Source: an uncultured Parachlamydiaceae bacterium (GTDB lineage Bacteria > Chlamydiota > Chlamydiia > Chlamydiales > Parachlamydiaceae). From it: DNA of 64,000 nt. The stretch lies in contig CAVULX010000001.1 of the NCBI GenBank assembly GCA_963742415.1, forward strand, positions 1 through 64,000, read 5' to 3'. Below, in pieces: positions 1-8,785 of this stretch (position 1 is the stretch's first letter; every line of letters starts with the position of its first letter). The notes under the pieces are model-generated. The model did no database searches and was not told the origin of the DNA. It worked only from the letters and a program-made list of their open reading frames with translations. Position numbers and translations under genes: made by a program.

Positions 1-473
1 AGCCGCATCCAGGATCATAAAGGTTGTCTTCAAATGAAGCGCCCCGAGCGCGTGCGTCAGTTCGGACAGCGGTAAAGCCCGGCGGGGCACGTCTGAAGCA
101 TCGGCAAAATCCGCGTCAATTGGAACCAGGTAGTTTTCGCCATCGAGTTGTAGCCCGTAACCGGCGAAATACACCGCGGCTACCGCGTCCGGTCCCGCCT
201 TCGCAACACCGTCGATAAAATCGCGGAAAGTCTGGCGCAGCAAATCTTCATCGAGGTCGCGGGCACCCATTACATCAAAGCCCGCCACCTGTAAGGTTTG
301 GGCGATCAGAGCCGCATCGTTTACCGGGGTCGCCAGAGCTTTAGCCTTATATGGGAGCCATTCCCGATAACGAGTGCCAGGCGTTTTTCCGGCGGCGCGG
401 CGCCCGCTGGAGACAACGACACAACGGCGAGGAAGGCCAAAAAAGCGAATGAGATATTCAAAAGTCGGTGCAT
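1..473 (-). CDS. Caspase-family (peptidase C14) protein with substituted catalytic dyad; partial, runs off the window; one frameshift near 352
   Basis: Signal peptide MHRLLNISFAFLAFLAVVSLSPAGA, then EKRLALVIGNG. After the shift: TPVNDAALIAQTLQVAGFDV...VYFAGYGLQLDGENYLVPIDA...FMILDAA (translated by hand). Confidence 0.8.
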
Positions 474-822
474 TCTACCCCTGCATCTTCCGGCGATCTT
501 GGCGGAGGTACCTGAACATCGCTCTAAACGAGGAGGACGCAAGAAGCCAAGCCTCATTCGACACGGTGACGCGAGAGCCGAGCGCGATTGCCTGAGCAAT
601 TGTTCCCTGTCGATAGGTCGCGTCTGCCGTTGTTAGGCTGCGGTGCAGCGATTGAGCTTCCGACCTTCGGTTGCAAGCCTGCGCTGATGCAGCTCGGCTA
701 TCTCTAGATGAAGGAATTAACCTACCATTCAAGCATGCTGCTGGTTTGCGACCGGCCGAGCCAATTGTGATAGCTGACCATCCCCGAATTCAGAAGGGCT
801 AACCAATGACGGACCACCGTTA

Positions 823-3800
823 CTAAACGCCGAAGAGGGAAATGCCGACGCCATGTGTTGCGACCATAGCGCCAATTGCTGGTTCAATGCGGATTTGACC
901 GGATCCATTGCTTGATTTTCCGATGGCATATTGCCGCTTTGGCCCGTTGGCAGCGGTGGGTCGACAACCGATGTCCCACCATGAACCATCGTTTGATGCG
1001 GTGAAGTTTGCCAACGAATAGTTGCCGAGCAGCGCAATGCTCGCCGTGTTGGTTCCATCACTTAAGGTCAGCGTGCCGGGCGAGTTGTTGCCCGAATAGC
1101 CGATCGTGGCACTGGCCCCAGCGGTAATGTCGGCGAGGTCGATCACGTCTCCAATCGCAAGCTGGCCTGCGATCTTGCCGCTGAAGCTTGCCGAGTTATC
1201 GATCGTAAGCGTGCCACTTGAGCCCGCGAATGTAATCGTTCCCGAATAGGCGCCGGTGATCTCCACGCTTGCACCGGCCCCGACGACGAGGTTACCAGCG
1301 GAAACTGCGCTCCCGCTGCCGGACGTCACGATTACCCCGTCGCCGTTCAGGTCCTGGTGGAAACTGGTCTCGAGCGCTTGCAACGCAGAACTGGTTCCCG
1401 ACACAACGCCGAAGATATTTGAGATGTAGTTGCCGCTGCTGTCGGTAGTCCAGACCGTATATTGATCGGCGCCTGCGATCTTCCAGGCAACCTCGATAGC
1501 CGCTTGCCGTCTGCTCCACGCCGATCGGCGTCCAGCCGCCAAACTGACCCGCTACAACGGCCGCGCCAGCATATTTCAACTCGGGACCAGACCCGCTGCT
1601 GTTGCTATTGAGATAAAAATTATTTCCAACCTCGATCAGGCTGGTCGATCCGAGCGCTTCAATCACGGTGGAGGAATACCGATCACGCCGTCGCCGTTCA
1701 GGTCCTGTTGGAAGCTGGTCTCCAGCGATTCCAGCGCAGAGCTGGTTCCCGACACAGCGCCGAAGATATTGGAGATGTAGTTGCCGCTGCTGTCGGTATT
1801 CCAGACCGTATACTGATTGGCGCCTGCGACCTTCCAGGCAACCTCATAGCCGGTCGCCGTCTGCTCCACGCCGATCGGCGTCCAGCCGCCAAACTGACCC
1901 GCCACAACGGCCGCGCCAACATATTTCAACTCGGGACCAGACCCGCTGCTGTTGCTATCGAGATAAAAATTATTTCCAACCTCGATCAGGCTGGTCGATC
2001 CCAGCGCATCAATCACAGTGGTAGGAATACCGATCGGCCGTCGCCGTTCAGGTCCTGGTGGAAGCTGGTCTCCAGCGATTCCAGCGCAGAGCTGGTTCCC
2101 GACACAGCGCCGAAGATATTTGAGATGTAGTTGCCGCTGCTGTCGGTATTCCAGCCGTATATTGATTGGCGCCGGCGACCTTCCAGGCCACCTCATATCC
2201 GGTTGCTGTCTGTTCCACGCCGATCGGCGTCCAGCCGCCGAACTGACCCGCGACAACAAGCGTCGCCGCTATATTTCAGCGAAGGCCCTGAGTTACTGGT
2301 GTTATAAAGGAAATAGTTATTTCCAACTTGAGTAAGGTGGCTCGACGACGCCGTCGTGGTGTCGATCTGCAGCGTGCCGGCCGGGTTGGTCACCGCACCG
2401 GTGAGATCGGCGGCGTTGCCGGCGCCGTCACTGACGGTCGCGGCGCCGAGGTTGACCGCCGTCACCGCGAGGTCGGCGGTGTTCTGGCCGGCCGCCGACC
2501 GTGTAGCTGAAGGTCAGCGCATTGGTGCCGGTGCCGCCCGTATAGGTCGCGGTGCCGCCGTCGTTGAGCGTCAGCGTCGGGGTGCCGCCGGCAACCGTCA
2601 CCGCCTCGCTCAGGTTGACCGTCAGCGTCACCACGCTGCCGGTCGTGAGGTCGCCCGCTCCAGCCGCGATCCCGATGCCGGACGTCAGCCACCGACGATA
2701 CCGAAGGCGCCGTGGTGTCGATCTGAGCGGCCGGCTGGAGTCAGCCAGCACAGCGTGAGGCTGGCGGCATTGCCGGCGCCGTCCTGCGATGGTCGCGCCG
2801 TTGAGGTTGACCGCTGTCACCGCCAGCGTCGCGGTGTTCTGGCCGGCCGCCACCGTGTAGCTGAAGGTCAGCGCATTGGTGCCGGAGCCGCCCGTATAGG
2901 TCGCGGTGCCGCCATCATTGAGCGTCAGCGTCGGGGTGCCGCCCGCAACCGTCACTGCCTCGCTCAGGTTGAGCGTCAGGGTGACGATGTTGCCGGCTTT
3001 CAGATCGCTGACCGCTCGACGCGGTCCGACTGTCATCGAGCTGACCGTCGGCGTCGTGGTGTCGATCTGCGGGCTGCCCTGGGTCAGGCCGGTCAGCGAC
3101 AGGTTGGCGGCATTGCCGGCACCGTCCTAGCACCGTGGCGCCGTTGAGGTTGACCGCCGACACCATCAGGTCGGGGGTGTTCTGGCCGGCCGCAACCGTG
3201 TAGCTGAAGGTCAGCGCATTGGTGCCGGAGCCGCCGGTATAGGTCGCGGTGCCGCCGTCGTTGAGCGTCAGCGTCGGGGTGCCGCCGGTCGTGTTGACCG
3301 TCACCGCCTCGCTCATGGTCGAGCGTCAGCGTGACGATCTTGCCGGCATTGAGGTCGCCGCTCGAGCGGTGATTCCGGCAATCGACGCTGATCACCGGCG
3401 GCGCGTGGTGTCGATCTGCAGGGTGCCGGCCGGGTTGGTCACCGCACCGGTGAGATTGGCGGCATTGCCGGCGCCGTCCTTGACGGTCGCGCGTGCCGAG
3501 ATTGACCGCCGTCACCGCCAGGTCGGCGGTGTTCTGGCCGGCCGCCGACCGTGTAGCTGAAGGTCAGCGCGTTGGTGCCGGAGCCGCCGGTATAGGTCGC
3601 GGTGCCGCCATCGTTGAGCGTCAGCGTCGGGGTGCCGCCCGCAACCGTCACCGCCTCGCTCAGGTTGAGCGTCAGCGTCACCACGCTGCCGGTCGCGAGG
3701 TCGCCGGCGCCGGCCGTGATGCCGGTGCCGGAGGCCACCACCGACGACACCGTCGGCGCCGTGGTGTCGATCTGCAGGGTGCCGGCCGGGTTGGTCACCG

Positions 3801-4473
3801 CACCGGTGAGGTTGGCGGCATTGCCGGCGCCGTCCTTGACGGTCGCCGCGTTCCAGATTGACCGCCGTCACCGCCAGGTCGGCGGTGTTCTGGCCGGCCG
3901 CCGACCGTGTAGCTGAAGGTCAGCGCATTGGTGCCGGAGCCGCCGGTATAGGTCGCGGTGCCGCCGTCGTTGAGCGTCAGCGTCGGGGTGCCGCCCGCAA
4001 CCGTCACCGCCTCGCTCAGGTTGACGCGTCAGCGTGACCACGTTGCCGGTCGTCGAGATCGCCGGCGCCAGCCGTGATGCCGGTGCCGGACGCCACCACC
4101 GACGACACCGTCGGCGTCGTGGTGTCGATCTGCAGCGTGCCGGCCGGGTTGGTCACCGCGCCGGTGAGGTTGGCGGCGTTGCCGGCGCCGTCCTTGACGG
4201 TCGCCGTTCGAGATTGACCGCCGTCACCGCCAGGTCGGCGGTGTTCTGGCCGGCCGCCACCGTGTAGCTGAAGGTCAGCGCGTTGGTGCCGGAGCCGCCG
4301 GTATAGGTCGCGGTGCCGCCGTCGTTGAGCGTCAGCGTCGGGGTGCCGCCCGCAACCGTCACCGCCTCGCTCAGGTTGAGCGTCAGCGTCACCACGCTGC
4401 CGGTCCCGAGATCGCCGGCGCCGGCCGTGATGCCGGTGCCGGAGGCCACCAGCGACGCCACCGAAGGCGTCGT
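823..4473 (-). CDS. Large repetitive secreted/surface protein (Ig-like repeats plus Trp-rich repeats); 5'-truncated at the junction; many frameshifts
   Basis: ORF fragments repeat TLTVNLSEAVTVAGGTPTLTLNDGGTATYTGGSGTNALTFSYTV and GGWTPIGVEQTATGYEVAWK...DLNGDGVIG; high GC. Confidence 0.75.
1330..2335 (-). repeat. About 3 tandem ~350-bp Trp-rich-domain coding repeats
   Basis: ccgtcgccgttcaggtcctg near 1337, 1688, 2038; ccgatcggcgtccagccgcc near 1521, 1871, 2220. Confidence 0.8.
2340..4473 (-). repeat. About 6 tandem ~355-bp Ig-like coding repeats
   Basis: accgtgtagctgaaggtcagcgc recurs near 2498, 2852, 3195, 3548, 3904, 4259. Confidence 0.85.
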
Positions 4474-4780
4474 CTTTTGCCGCATCCACTTGTGTTTGGA
4501 ATGGCTTTTTGTCCATTAGGAAGAGCACTTGTCCTTCCTTAACCATCTCCCCTTCCGTATAGACACGTTTATAAAGAAAACCGCTCACCCTCGCTTGGAT
4601 GTTGACCATGTGCGAGCTTTGGAATTGAGCCACATATTCGAAAGTCACCGGCACATCCCCGGCTTCAACAATGATCGTTGCCACCTCATGCACTTTTTGT
4701 GTCATAGAGCCGTTGTCTTGCTTTTCTCCGCATCCAAGCAAAAGTAAAGAAAGAAAAAAAATGACTTGCTTTGCCTTCAT
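4474..4780 (-). CDS. RND efflux periplasmic adaptor (MFP) lipoprotein, truncated at the GC junction
   Basis: MKAKQVIFFLSLLLLGC lipobox; VNIQARVSGFL...EGEMVKEGQVLFLMD lipoyl-like motif; sequence breaks after PFQTQVDAAK. Confidence 0.85.
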
Positions 4781-4781
4781 T

Positions 4782-5228
4782 ATAATTCCGATAAATGCTT
4801 TTCTATTGTCGTAATATTGGCAATGTGTTAACTCCTTGGCCAATTCTGCGACAATCGTTTTCTGTGTTTCTTGATTGATATGCTGGCGAAGCAAGCCTAG
4901 AAAGGAGGGTTCAGCCATGACATAAAGACGCCTGAAATTCCCCTTTTTGCTTAGCTGTGGAAAGAAAATTCGCAAGATGTACGGCAAATCTGACAGCTTC
5001 CATATGTTTTGGATCAGTCTCTTGTTGATAGGCATGTCTTGTGCTTCCCCCACTTTGAAAACCACGTCCCGGTTTTGTGGAGATTAAATCTTGATTATGT
5101 AACCGGCTTTCAGGGTGTTCAAGGAAGGAGATTTCTTCAATTTTAGGGAATTTCAATAACCGGTAGACCTTCGCTTGGCAGTTATCAGCAACAACAATCC
5201 ATGTCAATGGATGGTTTTTGTTTGGCAT
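4782..5228 (-). CDS. Host attachment family protein (eRF1-like fold), frameshifted
   Basis: TWIVVAD...KPGR...RFAVHLANFL; continues in another frame as RLYVMAEPSFLGLLRQH...ELAKELT. Confidence 0.75.
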
Positions 5229-5240
5229 ATAATTCTCCTT

Positions 5241-5819
5241 TTAACTTGTCTTTGAAGAAGCTTGAGCCAATTCATCTAAGGCTATGTTAAGCATCAGCAC
5301 ATTAACACGAGATTCCCCTATGAATCGCAAGCTTGCTTTTAATGTCATCTTATCAATGAGATTTTTAACTTGCTCTTTTTTTATTCCTCTTGCTTTAGCA
5401 ATTCGCTCGCTTTGAAAATAAGCCGTTGAAGGGGTAATGTGGGGGTCGAGTCCACTTCCTGAAGCAAATAAAAGTTCAGCCGGGGCTGTGCCTTGGTTCC
5501 CGTTAGCATTTAGAATTTTTTTCTTTCTTTCTTCTACCCTCTTTTTCAATTCGGTACTTATAAATCCTAAGTTGCTTCCTCCTGAAGGAAGCGGGTTGTA
5601 ATCATTGGTCGAAGGGCGGGGCCAAAAATACCGTTCACTTTCGAATTTTTGAGCAATGAGGACAGCTCCCACTTTTTTTCCTTTAAGCGAAATAAAATCT
5701 CCATCAGCTTTTTGCTTCATTGTCAATTGAGCAATACCGGTGATCAACAAGGGATACAACAAGCCTGTAAGCAAAATCATCCAAATAAACATCTGAATAT
5801 TGTGAATCATTTGTTTCAT
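5241..5819 (-). CDS. kdpC: K+-transporting ATPase subunit C
   Basis: GLLYPLLITGIAQ, YFWPRPS, SGGSNLG, ASGSGLDPHI, VNVLMLNIALD. Confidence 0.95.
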   Translation of the reverse strand: MKQMIHNIQMFIWMILLTGLLYPLLITGIAQLTMKQKADGDFISLKGKKVGAVLIAQKFESERYFWPRPSTNDYNPLPSGGSNLGFISTELKKRVEERKKKILNANGNQGTAPAELLFASGSGLDPHITPSTAYFQSERIAKARGIKKEQVKNLIDKMTLKASLRFIGESRVNVLMLNIALDELAQASSKTS

Positions 5820-5864
5820 GGATTCGATTCCTCTGTACCGTATAATTTAAAATGCATAATCCCC

Positions 5865-7556
5865 CTAAAAAGAACGCCCCTCAAGCATCAACAAATGTTC
5901 AACAACAGGCCCAAGAGATAAAGCCGGGAAAAACGTCAATGCACCCACAATGATGATCACACTGATAAGCAAAACGGCAAATAACAATGAGTTGGTGGAA
6001 AATGTCCCTAAAGAAGGGGGGGTAATCTTTTTTTTGGCTAGCAAACCAGCCACAGCTAAACTTGGTAAAATGATGGCAATTCTTGCCATCAACATCACAA
6101 GGCCTAAAAAAAGGTTATAATAAAGAGTATTTGCATTGAGACCTGCAAATGCGCTTCCGTTATTTCCCGCACTCGATGTAAAAGCATAAAGGATTTCTGA
6201 CAAGCCATGGGGTCCTTGATTTTCCAAACTCGTCAACGCTTCAGGAACAATGCAAGAAATTCCAGCCCCAATTAATATTAAAGCCCCAGGCATTAAAACA
6301 GCCATGATAACCCATTGCATTTCCGATTTTTCGATTTTTTTGCCTAAATATTCGGGTGTTCTTCCTACCATCAAACCCGACAAAAATACCGTTAGCAAAG
6401 TAAGCATAATCATGCTGCACATCCCTACGCCAACACCTCCAAAAATAAGCTCCCCTAACATGATATTGAACAAGGAGACCCCTCCTGCAAGCGGAGACAA
6501 GCTCGAAATCATCGCGTTGACAGAACCGTTCGCTGTAGCTGTGGTTGAAGTCGACCACAAAAGGCTGTTTGCTATTCCAAAACGGGTTTCTTTCCCCTCT
6601 AAAATCGGGTATACGTTCAAAACAGGGTTATGAAAATATTCTGAAACAAAAGCAATGGCCAGGCCGCTTCCCCAAAGAATCAACATTACAGAAATAAGCA
6701 GCCAACCATGCTTTTGAGATCCTATCATTTTTCCATAGGCAAAGACAGAAGCAGCTGGAATCAACAAAAGCGCTAATGTTTCAAGAAAATTGGAAAGGGG
6801 TGTTGGATTTTCGAATGGGTGTGCGCTATTAGCATTGAAAAAACCTCCACCATTTGTCCCAAGCTGTTTAATGGCCACTTGAGAAGCAACGGGCCCCAAG
6901 GGGATTGTTTGTTTGCCATTTTCTAATGTTGTGACTTCTTGATAGGGAAGAAAGTTTTGGATCACTCCCTCCCCAACTAAAATAACAGCCAATAAAATGG
7001 AAAGAGGCAGCAAGAGATAGACGACTGTTCGGACAAAATCAAACCAAAAATTCCCTATCGTTTCTGTCGTCTTCCTTACAATCCCTCTTGTTAAAACCAG
7101 CAACGCCGACATTCCGGTAGCCGCGCTTAAAAAATTTTGTGAAGTTAAGCCAAACATCTGAGTCAAATAACTTAAGGTCGTCTCTCCAGCATAAGATTGC
7201 CAGTTTGTATTTGTGGTAAAACTAACGGCTGTGTTGAATGCAAGCGGCCAGGATATCCCCTCAAAGCTTTGGGGATTCAGCGGAAGCGAGCCTTGTAAAA
7301 GCTGTAAAGCAAACAGGGTGATAAATCCAAGGATATTGAAAAGCAACAGGGTTTTACCATACTCGATCCAAGTCATTTCACGTTGGGGGTCGACTCCCCC
7401 CAGCCGATAGCAAAGACGTTCCAACCACCCCAATGCTCGATAAGCAAAGAAGGAGTTTCCGCTAAAAATATGCTCGATGTAGATTCCAAGGCTGAAAGCA
7501 AAGCTGATAGAAATTCCGGCAAAGAAGAGCAGCTGAATCCAATCATGCAGCAACAT
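5865..7556 (-). CDS. kdpA: K+-transporting ATPase subunit A
   Basis: TNTNWQSY, GTNGGGFF, NSAHPFENP, GRTPEYLGKKI, NNGSAFAGL. Confidence 0.97.
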   Translation of the reverse strand: MLLHDWIQLLFFAGISISFAFSLGIYIEHIFSGNSFFAYRALGWLERLCYRLGGVDPQREMTWIEYGKTLLLFNILGFITLFALQLLQGSLPLNPQSFEGISWPLAFNTAVSFTTNTNWQSYAGETTLSYLTQMFGLTSQNFLSAATGMSALLVLTRGIVRKTTETIGNFWFDFVRTVVYLLLPLSILLAVILVGEGVIQNFLPYQEVTTLENGKQTIPLGPVASQVAIKQLGTNGGGFFNANSAHPFENPTPLSNFLETLALLLIPAASVFAYGKMIGSQKHGWLLISVMLILWGSGLAIAFVSEYFHNPVLNVYPILEGKETRFGIANSLLWSTSTTATANGSVNAMISSLSPLAGGVSLFNIMLGELIFGGVGVGMCSMIMLTLLTVFLSGLMVGRTPEYLGKKIEKSEMQWVIMAVLMPGALILIGAGISCIVPEALTSLENQGPHGLSEILYAFTSSAGNNGSAFAGLNANTLYYNLFLGLVMLMARIAIILPSLAVAGLLAKKKITPPSLGTFSTNSLLFAVLLISVIIIVGALTFFPALSLGPVVEHLLMLEGRSF

Positions 7557-7569
7557 TTAAATGCTCCAT

Positions 7570-7659
7570 CTAAAACTTTTCGGGGTAAAGCAAGGTATAA
7601 ACAAGGTAGATCAATACCAGAACAACAACTCCCCCTGCGAAAATGAATTGAGTCTCCAT
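7570..7659 (-). CDS. kdpF: K+-transporting ATPase subunit F (29 aa)
   Basis: Hand translation METQFIFAGGVVVLVLIYLVYTLLYPEKF*, with the YLxYxLLxPEKF signature, directly upstream of kdpA. Confidence 0.9.
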   Translation of the reverse strand: METQFIFAGGVVVLVLIYLVYTLLYPEKF

Positions 7660-7774
7660 CTACCTTCTCATCTTGAGCTACCGAAGTTAGAAAGTATGTA
7701 ATTAAAATTTTGTTTTCAATGAAAAAGAGATTCTTCGCTTCCAGACATTTATCACTAAAAACCCAAAGTTCAGG

Positions 7775-8482
7775 TTAAAACAATAGTTCAGTGGCTTTGC
7801 GATGGGGCATCTCTGTAATTTTTAATGCTGCATCTAAATTTTGCCGCTTAATTTCAAAATTTTTATTGAGCTCTTGGATGATATGGTCCCCTATTTGATC
7901 GGAAGAGGTAAGATGCTCGCGCAAGCGGCAGAGGAAATCGGAATGGCTTCTCATTTCCCTATAAGCGGGCATTCTAGGCGGAAGGGGTAAATATTCCATG
8001 CGGCTTTCAAAATAGTCCCAAAGAAGGGACGTATGATGAAGCCACCGGTTTTTACAAAGATGTTGGGCATTTCCCCCAAATTTTCTGCTATCCAACGCAT
8101 AATCATTGTTTTTGATTTGAAAGCGGGGACCCAATAAAGGGCGATAGATCCCCTCTGTCCACCGCATGATTTTTTCTGGACAGCAAGGAACTTGAATTTC
8201 ATCCGCATTAAAAATAAAAGTGGCAAAAATCGTATTTTCATCCACCACAACGGTGCCCCCGCCGCTAAATCGGCGGATTACCGGCAAAGGTTTAGATTGC
8301 AAGAGAGATTCATTAATCCACTGGTTGGTTTTACCGGAAATACCCATCACAATGGCAGGCGGGGTTCCTTGATTGAGGATGCACCAATTTCTTTGATCTG
8401 AACGGAGTAAGGCTTCTTCAATTTGCAATTGATGATAAATGGGAAATTTTTGCAATAAGAGTAATTGAATTTGAGGACGCAT
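7775..8482 (-). CDS. Lipoate-protein ligase A family
   Basis: QLQIEEALLR, IRRFSGGGTVVVD, KFGGNAQ, WLHHTS. Confidence 0.9.
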   Translation of the reverse strand: MRPQIQLLLLQKFPIYHQLQIEEALLRSDQRNWCILNQGTPPAIVMGISGKTNQWINESLLQSKPLPVIRRFSGGGTVVVDENTIFATFIFNADEIQVPCCPEKIMRWTEGIYRPLLGPRFQIKNNDYALDSRKFGGNAQHLCKNRWLHHTSLLWDYFESRMEYLPLPPRMPAYREMRSHSDFLCRLREHLTSSDQIGDHIIQELNKNFEIKRQNLDAALKITEMPHRKATELLF

Positions 8483-8529
8483 AGAAATATTTTAGCCTAT
8501 TATATCCATTGAAGTCTATACCCATGCGG

Positions 8530-8785
8530 CTTGTTGCATAATTCACCACAATTCACCACAGAGGCAGTGAGATCATTGAGATAGTATGAGATCAATGAGA
8601 AAGAGTTGGAAATTATTTTTTTACAAGTTAACCTGAGATTTGTATAGATTTTATCAAGCTGTTAAGATCCCTTTGTTCTTCCTCAAATTCCCCTTGTTTC
8701 TCATTGATCTCATACTATCTCAGTGATCTCACTGCCTCTGTGGTGAAAATAAACAGCAACACTGTGGTGAAAATATGCAGCAACA
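8530..8785. repeat. Intergenic long inverted repeat (REPIN/MITE-like), ~48-bp arms, duplicated outer ends
   Basis: caccacagaggcagtgagatcattgagatagtatgagatcaatgagaaa (from 8554) pairs with tttctcattgatctcatactatctcagtgatctcactgcctctgtggtg (to 8745). Confidence 0.9.
8636..8671 (-). mobile_element. Remnant IS607 left end
   Basis: Minus strand reads GGG-atcttaac-AGCTTGATAAAATCTATACAAATCT; the IS607 at 14443 reads GGG-ttaataat-AGCTTGATAAAATCTATACAAATCT (25-bp exact match, same spacing from GGG). Confidence 0.75.

Noticed and set aside
1668-4519. Plus-strand and Arg-rich ORFs in the high-GC segment
   Set aside because: Shadow frames of the minus-strand repeat gene.
4016-5065. 349-aa ORF as a novel fusion protein
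   Set aside because: It strings together an off-frame region, the host-attachment C-terminus, the efflux adaptor and off-frame high-GC repeat across the suspect junction.
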